From positions 4,379 to 68,378 of the forward strand of contig CAZTQT010000003.1 of assembly GCA_964615625.1 (NCBI GenBank): a DNA stretch of 64,000 nucleotides. Reading direction: 5' to 3'. Below the pieces are notes generated by a model. It did no database searches and was not told the DNA's origin. It worked only from the letters and a program-made list of their open reading frames with translations. Position numbers and translations under genes: made by a program. This DNA is from an uncultured Candidatus Saccharibacteria bacterium (GTDB lineage: Bacteria; Patescibacteriota; WWE3; UBA101185; UBA10185). This document shows positions 37,974-46,871 of this stretch, piece after piece (positions within the stretch are counted from its first letter, which is position 1; each line of letters opens with the position of its first letter).

Positions 37974-38594
37974 ATGAAACTGCTCTTAATTGGACCTCAA
38001 GGTAGTGGTAAGGGTACAGTTGGAAAAATGTTGGGGGAGTATTTTCATATTCCTTTAATATCATCAGGGCATCTTCTTAGGGATCTCCCAGAAAATCATG
38101 CTAAAAAGAAGGAGATAGATGAGGCTATGGAAAAGGGGGAGCTTGTACCTCAGGATTTGGTTGCAGACATACTAAAAGAAGAAGTTCAAAAAGATATTTA
38201 TGAAAAAGGTTATATATTAGACGGTTGGGGTAGAGCTTTGGTGGATTTAGATTATTTTAATCCAGGTTTTGATTGGGTTTTGTACATAAATATATCTCCA
38301 GAAACATCTGTTAAAAGACTTTCATCAAGGAGAACATGTTCTGAATGTGGGTCTATTTTTAACATCATATCAGTTCCTCCAAAAGTGGATGGTGTCTGCG
38401 ATGATTGCGGTGGAAAATTGATCCAAAGAGAGGACGATGTAGAAGATGCTGTGAGGAGAAGGCTTGAAATATTTAATACTGAGACAATGAGAACACTTGA
38501 TGTTTTTAGAGATGAAGGTAAGGTTTTAGAAATAGATGGCGAGGGTTCTCCTGAAGAAGTTTTTAAACTCGCTGTAGAAGCCTTAAAGCCCTAA
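37974..38594 (+). CDS. adk: Adenylate kinase with a zinc-binding LID
   Basis: GPQGSGKGT P-loop, plus CSECGSIF...CDDCGG. Confidence 0.9.
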   Translation: MKLLLIGPQGSGKGTVGKMLGEYFHIPLISSGHLLRDLPENHAKKKEIDEAMEKGELVPQDLVADILKEEVQKDIYEKGYILDGWGRALVDLDYFNPGFDWVLYINISPETSVKRLSSRRTCSECGSIFNIISVPPKVDGVCDDCGGKLIQREDDVEDAVRRRLEIFNTETMRTLDVFRDEGKVLEIDGEGSPEEVFKLAVEALKP

Positions 38595-38611
38595 TTAGTG
38601 TTATAATTATC

Positions 38612-39649
38612 TTGATGATGAAAGACCTGCAACCAAAACAAGAAAAAGAAGGATCCGGTGTAGTAAGATATTGGAGAAAACATCCAAAGTCTATAGAGAA
38701 ATATCAATTTGTTTATCGTTTTTTACCCAAAGATGATAAGAAAAAAAGAGCAGATTTTCTTGATAATAAGGCTATTTTAATCTATTGTGCCGTAATACTT
38801 TTTGTAACATTAGCTTTTAGATTTATTCCAAAATTTGCACCTGGGGTTTTAGGCTACGCTTCAAATATAAGTGTGTCCGATCTTTTGAAGTACACTAATA
38901 AGAAGAGAGAGGAGAACGGGGCTTCAAATTTAAGGTTAAACGCAAAATTGTCTTCAGCTGCGGAAAAGAAAGCTCAAGATATGTTTGCAGACGGTTATTG
39001 GGCTCATGTAGCTCCGGATGGAAAAGAACCTTGGGATTTCATTATTTCTGAAGGCTATGATTACATATATGCTGGTGAAAATCTTGCAAAGAACTTCTCT
39101 ACTTCAAAAGAAGTTGTAGAGGCTTGGTTTAATTCTCCATCTCACAAGAGTAATCTTATAGGTAAAAATTATGATGAGGTTGGTTTTGCAGTTGTTAACG
39201 GTGTTATGGATGGTTATGAAACAACTCTGGTAGTACAAATGTTTGGCAGACCAAGACAACCTTCTATGTTAGCTGATACTAAAGAAGAGCAAGCAGTTTT
39301 GGAAAAAAGTCAGATTAAAGCTGTGACTTCTGTTGCTGGAGCTACAGAAAAAACAGAAAATCTCAACGAACCTCCCAGTGAGGAGCAAAAAGACCCTGAG
39401 GAGAATAACACTGTTGTAGTGGCCACAAACCCACAAGAAACAAAAGTTGTGGTAGATGTAACAAAAGCTACAAAAACAGTCAGTCTTGCCTTTGGAGGAT
39501 TTGTAGGGTCCCTTCTTGCAGTAGATGTTTTATATTCAAGAAAGAAAGGTATTAGGAAATTTACGGGTCTGACTCTAGCCCATATTGTTATTATAGCTAT
39601 GGTTATTGCTAGTATTTGGTTTATATTAAGACCTGGGTTGGTAGTTTAA
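38612..39649 (+). CDS. CAP/SCP/PR-1-like domain membrane protein
   Basis: 345 aa. N-terminal TM, a CAP domain (AHVAPDGKEPWDFI...NSPSHKSNLIGKNYDEVGFAV), an acidic/Thr linker and a C-terminal TM anchor. Confidence 0.6.
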   Translation: MMMKDLQPKQEKEGSGVVRYWRKHPKSIEKYQFVYRFLPKDDKKKRADFLDNKAILIYCAVILFVTLAFRFIPKFAPGVLGYASNISVSDLLKYTNKKREENGASNLRLNAKLSSAAEKKAQDMFADGYWAHVAPDGKEPWDFIISEGYDYIYAGENLAKNFSTSKEVVEAWFNSPSHKSNLIGKNYDEVGFAVVNGVMDGYETTLVVQMFGRPRQPSMLADTKEEQAVLEKSQIKAVTSVAGATEKTENLNEPPSEEQKDPEENNTVVVATNPQETKVVVDVTKATKTVSLAFGGFVGSLLAVDVLYSRKKGIRKFTGLTLAHIVIIAMVIASIWFILRPGLVV

Positions 39650-39656
39650 GGAGAAT

Positions 39657-39917
39657 ATGTTGGAAAATATAAAAGAAAACAGAATAGAATATTTTATCTT
39701 AATGGTGGCAGTGATAGCTTTTATTATTCTGATTTATATTTTTAGGTTTAATAAAGATGTTTTGATATTGCTTAGTGGGTTAGGTTCTGTTTTATACATT
39801 TTTTGGGGTATAATTCACCACTATATAAGAGGAAAACTAACAAAAAACATAGTTTATGAGTATTCTTTGTTTGGTTTGTTATCATTCCTTTTATTCTTTG
39901 TTGTTTTAAGTTTTTAA
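39657..39917 (+). CDS. Small predicted membrane protein (3 TM) of unknown function
   Basis: 86 aa, hydrophobic; tightly packed between the CAP protein gene and the GT2 gene. Confidence 0.35.
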   Translation: MLENIKENRIEYFILMVAVIAFIILIYIFRFNKDVLILLSGLGSVLYIFWGIIHHYIRGKLTKNIVYEYSLFGLLSFLLFFVVLSF

Positions 39918-39920
39918 GTT

Positions 39921-41051
39921 ATGAAAATAGTTATTGTAGTTCCTACTTATAACGAGTCTAAAAATATAGGCAGGTTAATAGAGGCACTAGATAAAGAATT
40001 TAAAAATATTCCTTCCCATGAGCTAAATCTTTTGGTAGTTGAAGGTAATTCCCCTGACGGCACTGCTGACGTAGTGAGAGACAAAATGAAAGATTATAAA
40101 TTTGTTCATCTGTTAATGGAGGAGAAAAAAGCTGGTTTAGGAGCAGCATATGTTTATGGTTTCAAACATGCTATGAAAGAAATGGGGGCTGATGTTTTGA
40201 TAGAAATGGATGCGGACTTTCAACATGATCCAAAGGAAATAAAAAACCTTGTAAAACAAATTGATGAAGGTTATGACTACGTTATAGGTTCCAGATTTGT
40301 AAAAGGAGGTAGTATCCCAAAGGAATGGGAGTTTAAGAGAAAAATGTACAGTAAGCTAGGTAATACCCTTTCTAAAGTTATTCTTGGTGTTAAAGGAGTT
40401 AATGACTTTACGACAGGTTACAAAGCTTCAAGGGTTAAGGGATATGCAGATTCCATTGATTTAGATAATATCTTATCAAAAGGTTTTGCTTATAAAATGG
40501 ATCTTTTGTATAAAATGCACAAAGCAGGTGCAAAAATAAAGGAAATTCCTATACAGTTTGGTTTAAGAGACGAGGGTACATCCAAAATGGAGAGAAATAA
40601 CATGATAGATTCTCTAAGAGTGGTTTTAAATCTTCGTCTGAAAGATCCTCAAACTCAAAAATTTCTTAAATTTTGTATTGTTGGTGTTACGGGTCTTATT
40701 GTTGATTCCGGTCTTTTTAATGTTTTAAGAATTTCTTTTTCAAATTCAAAGACGGCCTCTTTACTATCGGGTTTAATTGCTATGCTCGTGACTTTTACTA
40801 TTAATAACTTTTGGTCTTTTAAAGAAAATAAGATATCTGGAATAGTTGGAAAAATAAAGGGTTTTCTCATTTATATACTTTCTTCTTATGTCCCAATATT
40901 TTTACGTTCTCAAATGATAAAATTTTCGGTATCACAATTTGGAGACACATTTTTAGTTTCTAATATTACATTTTTTATAGGGATAATGCTTGGCTTAATA
41001 TGGAACTATACTGTGTATAATAAGATAATATGGAAGGAAAAGGATCTGTGA
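39921..41051 (+). CDS. GT2 polyprenol-phosphate glycosyltransferase (DPM1-like) fused to a GtrA-like TM domain
   Basis: MKIVIVVPTYNESKNI...EMDADFQHDP...; C-terminal FLKFCIVGVTGLIVDSGLFNVL is GtrA-like with 4 TM helices. Confidence 0.7.
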   Translation: MKIVIVVPTYNESKNIGRLIEALDKEFKNIPSHELNLLVVEGNSPDGTADVVRDKMKDYKFVHLLMEEKKAGLGAAYVYGFKHAMKEMGADVLIEMDADFQHDPKEIKNLVKQIDEGYDYVIGSRFVKGGSIPKEWEFKRKMYSKLGNTLSKVILGVKGVNDFTTGYKASRVKGYADSIDLDNILSKGFAYKMDLLYKMHKAGAKIKEIPIQFGLRDEGTSKMERNNMIDSLRVVLNLRLKDPQTQKFLKFCIVGVTGLIVDSGLFNVLRISFSNSKTASLLSGLIAMLVTFTINNFWSFKENKISGIVGKIKGFLIYILSSYVPIFLRSQMIKFSVSQFGDTFLVSNITFFIGIMLGLIWNYTVYNKIIWKEKDL

Positions 41052-41827
41052 AGTATTCAATAGTAATACCAACTTACAATGAGTCAGGTAGAATATCTCC
41101 CACTCTTGTCCAAATCCTTGGTTTTATGAGGGGGTATACAGAATCTTTTGAAGTTATAGTCTCTGATGATAATAGTTCTGATAATACTTTAGAAATAGTT
41201 AAAAATCTTGCAAGTGAGAATTCTGAGATAGTAGTTTTAGAAAACCCACATAGAGGTAAAGGTCCTACAGTTTGGTCAGGTTTTATGGAGGCCAAAGGAG
41301 ACCTTATTTACATGGCCGATGCTGATTTGTCGGCACCTATATCTGAAATAAAAAAACTTTCTGTTTGGATAGAAGAACAGGGATATGACGTTGTTATAGC
41401 TTCCAGAGAAGGTGTAGGTGCAGAAAGAATAAATGAACCTTTTCACAGGCATCTTATGGGAAGAGTTTTTAACTTTTTAGTTAGGATAATAGCTCTACCT
41501 GGAATAAAAGATACACAATGTGGTTTTAAACTTTTTACTAAGAAATGTGTTAAAGATGTTTTTCCAAGGATAGAGTCGCTTAAGAACGCAAAAGAGCTAA
41601 AATCAGCTTATACTGGGGCGTGGGATGTAGAAGTTTTGTTGCTATCTAGGCAGTTAGGTTATAAAATAAAGTCCGTTCCTGTTACTTGGGTACATGTGAA
41701 GACAGAAGGAGTGAGTCCTATAAGGGATTCAATTAAAATGGCCCTTGAAATATTGCAGATAAAATGGCGTTTTGTTAGGGGAAAATATAAATCTGCTCAA
41801 CTTACCTCAATTTCCCCACAAGAATAG
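41030..41827 (+). CDS. GT2 glycosyltransferase (dolichyl-phosphate glucosyl/mannosyl-transferase-like)
   Basis: YSIVIPTYNESGRI...ADADLSAPISEI...QCGFKLF. Overlaps the preceding gene; an alternative GTG start at 41048 is possible. Confidence 0.7.
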   Translation: MEGKGSVKYSIVIPTYNESGRISPTLVQILGFMRGYTESFEVIVSDDNSSDNTLEIVKNLASENSEIVVLENPHRGKGPTVWSGFMEAKGDLIYMADADLSAPISEIKKLSVWIEEQGYDVVIASREGVGAERINEPFHRHLMGRVFNFLVRIIALPGIKDTQCGFKLFTKKCVKDVFPRIESLKNAKELKSAYTGAWDVEVLLLSRQLGYKIKSVPVTWVHVKTEGVSPIRDSIKMALEILQIKWRFVRGKYKSAQLTSISPQE

Positions 41828-41858
41828 ATATTTATTTATGAGGTGTTTTTAAATTAAT

Positions 41859-43229
41859 ATGAAAATATGCGTTGTAGGTACAGGTTATGTTGGTTTAGTT
41901 GGTGCGGCTGTTTTTTCAGATTGGGGGAATGATGTAGTAGGTGTTGATATAAATGCCGAAAAAATAGAGAGAATTAAAAAAGGCGATATGCCTATATTTG
42001 AGCCTAGTCTTTCGGAGATAGTTTTAAAAAATATAAGTGAAGGTAGATTATCTTTCACGACATCTCTTTCAGAAGGTGTAAAAAAATCTGACATCATTTT
42101 CATCTGTGTTGGAACTCCTCAAAGTGAGGCAGGGGATGCTGATTTATCATTTGTTTGGAAAGTAGCTGAAGACATAGGAAAATGTTTAGATGGGTATAAA
42201 GTGATTGTTGTAAAAAGTACAGTACCTGTAGGGACAAATGAGATAGTAAAGAAAAAAATAAAAGAAAATCTTACTTACAACGTAGATTTTGATGTTGTTT
42301 CTAATCCTGAGTTTTTAAGAGAAGGTTATTCAGTAGAAGATATGAGAAACCCTGAAAGAACAGTTATAGGTTCTGATTCAGAAAAAGCTTTGTCTATTAT
42401 GAGAGAACTTTATTCTCACCTAGAAAGACCTATTGTTGAATGTGATCTAAGATCGGCCGAAATGATTAAGTATGCCTCTAACGCTTTTTTGGCGTCAAAA
42501 ATATCTTTTATAAATGAGATGGCTCAACTTTGTGAGAGATCTGGTGCTGATGTATCAACAGTAGCAAAAGGGATGGGTTTAGATTCAAGAATAGGTCCAA
42601 AGTTTTTGAATGCTGGTATAGGTTATGGTGGTAGCTGTTTCCCTAAAGATGTATCGGCTCTTTATAAAACTTCAACTAACCAAGATTATGACTTCAGACT
42701 CCTGAGAGGTGTTATAGAAGTTAATAAATTACAAAGAGAGTATTTTGTTAACAAAATTTCAAGGTATTTTGATGGTAATTTGTCTGGAAAGACTATTGGA
42801 GTTTTGGGATTATCTTTTAAGGAAAATACTGATGATGTGAGAGAGTCAGTAGCAATGGGAGTTGTTAAACATTTACGCGGTCTTGGGGCAAAAATAAAAG
42901 CTTTTGATCCAGAGGCAATGTACAATGCAAAGAAGGTTTTAGGAGAAGTGAGTGTTGATTATTGTTTAGATAAATATGAGGTAATGCATGATTCAGATGC
43001 TCTTGTTATATTGACCGAGTGGAAAGACTTCTCCAACCTAGATCTTGATAAAGTTAAATCTTTATTAAAAGAACCCGTGATATTTGACGGTAGGAACGTG
43101 CTTGATAGAAAGAAAGTCGAATCAGCTGGGTTTGTGTATTTTGCTGTAGGTAAGAGAACCAACGGGACCGAGTTGTTAGATAAAAAATCTAGCAGCGGTT
43201 CTGGTGTAATATTAAGAGATGGGAAATAA
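41859..43229 (+). CDS. ugd: UDP-glucose 6-dehydrogenase family (nucleotide-sugar dehydrogenase)
   Basis: MKICVVGTGYVGLV Rossmann N-terminus and GYGGSCFPKD catalytic Cys motif. Confidence 0.85.
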   Translation: MKICVVGTGYVGLVGAAVFSDWGNDVVGVDINAEKIERIKKGDMPIFEPSLSEIVLKNISEGRLSFTTSLSEGVKKSDIIFICVGTPQSEAGDADLSFVWKVAEDIGKCLDGYKVIVVKSTVPVGTNEIVKKKIKENLTYNVDFDVVSNPEFLREGYSVEDMRNPERTVIGSDSEKALSIMRELYSHLERPIVECDLRSAEMIKYASNAFLASKISFINEMAQLCERSGADVSTVAKGMGLDSRIGPKFLNAGIGYGGSCFPKDVSALYKTSTNQDYDFRLLRGVIEVNKLQREYFVNKISRYFDGNLSGKTIGVLGLSFKENTDDVRESVAMGVVKHLRGLGAKIKAFDPEAMYNAKKVLGEVSVDYCLDKYEVMHDSDALVILTEWKDFSNLDLDKVKSLLKEPVIFDGRNVLDRKKVESAGFVYFAVGKRTNGTELLDKKSSSGSGVILRDGK

Positions 43230-44457
43230 AAAAGCCCTTATCTTTATACCGGAATTTCCGGTTCTTACAGAGACATTTATAGAGCGAGAAGTCTCAAAGC
43301 TTTCAGAGCGGGGTAATGTAGATGTTGTTGTATTTTCTATCCTAAAGGGAAAGGGAAGTGTTTCTTCTGAACTGAATGGTAAGATTGTTTATAGCAGACC
43401 CGCTGTTCTTGATATTCTAGAATCTGCTTTTTTTGTGATTTCTAAGTTTAGAAAAATAAAAAGCGCTTTTAGTAATTTTATTAGTATTGAGAACACAGGT
43501 GCCTCTCCAGATGTAATTGCAAATCAAGCAAGTTTTGGAAAGAAATTATATGTCTTCTTAAAATCCGTTTTATACGCTCACAAATTTTCCAAATTAAACC
43601 CGAACATTATTTTGGCTCATTTTTTATCAGAACCGTCTACAATAGCTATGATTATTGCTAATATACTGGAAGTTCCTTACATTATCTCAGCACATGCAAA
43701 AGATATAACGGTAAATTCTGAATATGTTGAGGAAAAGGTTAAAACTGCGAAATATATAACAATATGTAACAAAAATGCTTATCAAAATGTTCTATCTTGG
43801 GCCAATAAATTAGGAAAAAACAATGTGGTTTTAGCTTACCATGGTGTTGATACCTATAAAATTTCACAAATACCAGAAAAAGCGAATTTAGACGTAAAGC
43901 GGCCCTATATGTTATCCGTTGGTAGATTAGTTGAGAAAAAGGGTTTAGTTTATTTAATTGAAGCTATTAAAATTCTGAAAAATAAGGGTATTTTAATTAA
44001 TTCTGCCATTATAGGTTCCGGACCTTTGTACGAGGTTTTAGTGGAGAAAATAAAAGAACTAGGTCTAGTTGAAACGGTAAAAATAATTGGTGAAAATAAA
44101 GGACTGTCCAATGAAGAAACACTTTCTTACTATAAATCAGCTGATTTCCTAGTTTTTCCAAGTATACAAACTAAAGAAGGAGACGTTGATGGTATAGCCA
44201 ATGTTTTATTTGAAGCAGGTGCTTTTAAACTGCCAGTGATAGCCACTGACGCTGGGAGTACAAATGAATTGATAATAGATAATTTGACCGGTTTGGTTTG
44301 TAGACAAAAAGATCCAACTTGTCTTGCTGATAAAATTGAGGAATTAGTAAATAACAAGGAAAAGGCAAAAATATTAGGAGAAAACCTTTATAATAAGGTT
44401 AAGGAAGATTTCAGTTTAGATAAAAATATAGAAAAACTGGAACAAATGCTTTTATAA
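43219..44457 (+). CDS. GT4-family glycosyltransferase (WcaL-like)
   Basis: LSVGRLVEKKGLVYL...FLVFPS...EGDVDGIANVLFEAGAFKLPVIATDAG. Confidence 0.7.
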   Translation: MGNKKALIFIPEFPVLTETFIEREVSKLSERGNVDVVVFSILKGKGSVSSELNGKIVYSRPAVLDILESAFFVISKFRKIKSAFSNFISIENTGASPDVIANQASFGKKLYVFLKSVLYAHKFSKLNPNIILAHFLSEPSTIAMIIANILEVPYIISAHAKDITVNSEYVEEKVKTAKYITICNKNAYQNVLSWANKLGKNNVVLAYHGVDTYKISQIPEKANLDVKRPYMLSVGRLVEKKGLVYLIEAIKILKNKGILINSAIIGSGPLYEVLVEKIKELGLVETVKIIGENKGLSNEETLSYYKSADFLVFPSIQTKEGDVDGIANVLFEAGAFKLPVIATDAGSTNELIIDNLTGLVCRQKDPTCLADKIEELVNNKEKAKILGENLYNKVKEDFSLDKNIEKLEQMLL

Positions 44458-44459
44458 AA

Positions 44460-45641
44460 ATGAAAATAGCTGTATTTGCAAAATCTACAACACTTCACAA
44501 AAATTATGGGGGTTTAGAAACTCAGAACAGAGCTTTGTGTGAGGAACTTGTGAAAAGGGGACATGAAATAACAATTTTTTCACCTAAAAGAGATTTTGAG
44601 GGAGATGATGCTTTTGTTAATGGTGTAAAGTACGTTTTTATTGATGCTGAGTATGGAAACTATTTATTTTCAGGTTTAAAAAAGGATAGCTGGACAAAGA
44701 AGTCTTTAGAGGTTTTTGAAGAATTTCATAAAAAAGAAAAATTTGATTTGGCTTTAGGTCAAAGTTCTGCCGCGGAAAGTATCATTGAAAATAAAATTAA
44801 ACTTAATATTAAAACTGCTTCAATATCACATGGAACCGCTTTATCGGAGCTTGTCACTTTCTTTAAAAATATCTCAGGAATTAAAGATATTTACTGGTCA
44901 TTGAGGAATACTCAATATTTTTTAAGACAGTATTTTGGTAGACAAAGAAGGTTTGTTTTACACTCTGACGTTGTGGTTGCAGTATCACATTATGTTAAAA
45001 AAGCTTTAATTTCAGAGACTTTTGTTGATGATAAAAAAGTCAAAGTTATACATAACGGAGTTGATGGGTCGTTATTTGAAAATAAAAAAACAAAAACAGA
45101 TGAAAAAAATACAGACATTTACTTTATAGGCAGGGTAGAAAAATCAAAAGGGATAATGACTGTTATAAAAATGATGAAAGAAATTGATAGAAATGTGAAA
45201 CTGCATGTTGTTGGTGACGGACCTTGTTTAGAAGAAGCAAAAAAGAAAGCTGAAGATTTAAATATTAAAGATAGGGTTATATTTCACGGAAAAATGCCTC
45301 ATTATGAATTTATAAAAAATTTATCACCCGACGTTTTTGTTTTTCCAACCAATAGAGTAGAAGGATTTCCAATGGTTTTAGTTGAATCTATGTTCTCTGG
45401 AATACCTGTTGTGGCTTTTGATATGGGTGGTGTTCCCGATGCTATAGAAGATGGTAAAAACGGGTTTTTGATAGAAAGTGGCAATAAAGTGTTATTTAAG
45501 AAAAAACTAGTAGAATTAATAGATAATAAAACTTTAAGAGATAATATGGGAAATTATGCAAAAGAAAAAGCTGAAAAAGAATTTACAATTGGTAAAATGA
45601 TAGATGATTACGAAAAAGTTTTTTTGGACATATTAAAATGA
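44460..45641 (+). CDS. GT4-family glycosyltransferase
   Basis: FIGRVEKSKGI...VFVFPTNRVEGFPMVLVESMFSGIPVVAFDMGG. Confidence 0.7.
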   Translation: MKIAVFAKSTTLHKNYGGLETQNRALCEELVKRGHEITIFSPKRDFEGDDAFVNGVKYVFIDAEYGNYLFSGLKKDSWTKKSLEVFEEFHKKEKFDLALGQSSAAESIIENKIKLNIKTASISHGTALSELVTFFKNISGIKDIYWSLRNTQYFLRQYFGRQRRFVLHSDVVVAVSHYVKKALISETFVDDKKVKVIHNGVDGSLFENKKTKTDEKNTDIYFIGRVEKSKGIMTVIKMMKEIDRNVKLHVVGDGPCLEEAKKKAEDLNIKDRVIFHGKMPHYEFIKNLSPDVFVFPTNRVEGFPMVLVESMFSGIPVVAFDMGGVPDAIEDGKNGFLIESGNKVLFKKKLVELIDNKTLRDNMGNYAKEKAEKEFTIGKMIDDYEKVFLDILK

Positions 45642-46840
45642 AAATATTAAGACTTATATACGATTGGCCACCTCCCTGGCAGGGTTTGGCGGCTCATCCA
45701 TACGAACTAACTGCTAGTCAGTTAAAAGAAGGTCATGAGGTAGAGATTTTTTGCGGGAGGTGGCCAAATGCTGGGGCTATAGAAAATCCTGGGGGTGCAA
45801 AAATAAACCCTATTATAAGAGAGCCTCTTCCTGGAACTATATTTTTTACAAGTTCCGTGATTCTATTTTTTAAGTATCTTATATGGAGAAGGAAAAATAC
45901 CCCAGATATAATTCATTCTCACGGGCATTTTGCGGTTTGGATCTACTGGTATAGGTGGTTTTTGCAGAAATTTTTTCCATGGTCAAAAGAACTAAATGTA
46001 CCTTTAGTTGTCCATTTTCATAATGTTGCTAAAGATAGGTGGGCCAAAATGGAGGAGCAAAATAAACCTATAACCCCCTTAGCTAGGTATTTGGTTTGGC
46101 CATTATCCATTTTTTCTGATAAACACGCTGTAAAAGCTGCAGCAGCCTGTATATTTGTTAGTAAATCTAATTTAGAAAAAGCTGTTGAATATTATGGAGC
46201 AGACCCAAAGAGATGTTTTTTTGTTGAGTCTGGTGTTAATCCTGAGTTGTTCAAGCCTGTAGGTGTGGAGGAGATGGAGAAATCTAGACGTGATCTAGGT
46301 CTTGATATTGAAGATAAAGTAATACTTAACCATGGGGTTATGTCCGAAAGAAAGAATGTTCACTTGTTAGTCGAAGCTTTAAGATATTTGCCAAAAGACT
46401 ACAAACTTTTAATGGTAGGTCCTGGAGATTCTGGATATATGGGAAAAATAAATGAGACTATTAAGATAAATGGTTTAGAAGGTAGGGTTGTAAAAGTAGG
46501 TTATACACCTTATGTTCAAGTCCCTATCGCATATCAGGTGTCTGACATTTTTGTACTTCCGTCAGTTTGGGAAGGTCTGCCTAAAGTTGTTACACAAGGT
46601 CTTTCTTGTGGCATACCGTGCTTAGTTTCAGGTTTCAAGCTATCAGAAGATATAGAGGGTTTGTATTATCTGGAAGATCTAGATGCTGAGTATATTGCTA
46701 ATTATATTTTTAAAATTGTTGATGGTGGTTTGAGTACCGTAGATTTTAATAAAGTAGCCTTAATATATTCTTGGACTGCTAGGGCCAGAGAAATAGATAG
46801 AGTATACGAATTTGCCAAAGCGAATTATCTTTTAGAATAA
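45638..46840 (+). CDS. GT4-family glycosyltransferase
   Basis: NHGVMSERKNVHLLVEA...IFVLPSVWEGLPKVVTQGLSCGIPCLVS. Confidence 0.65.
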   Translation: MKILRLIYDWPPPWQGLAAHPYELTASQLKEGHEVEIFCGRWPNAGAIENPGGAKINPIIREPLPGTIFFTSSVILFFKYLIWRRKNTPDIIHSHGHFAVWIYWYRWFLQKFFPWSKELNVPLVVHFHNVAKDRWAKMEEQNKPITPLARYLVWPLSIFSDKHAVKAAAACIFVSKSNLEKAVEYYGADPKRCFFVESGVNPELFKPVGVEEMEKSRRDLGLDIEDKVILNHGVMSERKNVHLLVEALRYLPKDYKLLMVGPGDSGYMGKINETIKINGLEGRVVKVGYTPYVQVPIAYQVSDIFVLPSVWEGLPKVVTQGLSCGIPCLVSGFKLSEDIEGLYYLEDLDAEYIANYIFKIVDGGLSTVDFNKVALIYSWTARAREIDRVYEFAKANYLLE

Positions 46841-46871
46841 TCAGTTATAATACAGGTCGTTTTGGTTTTAT

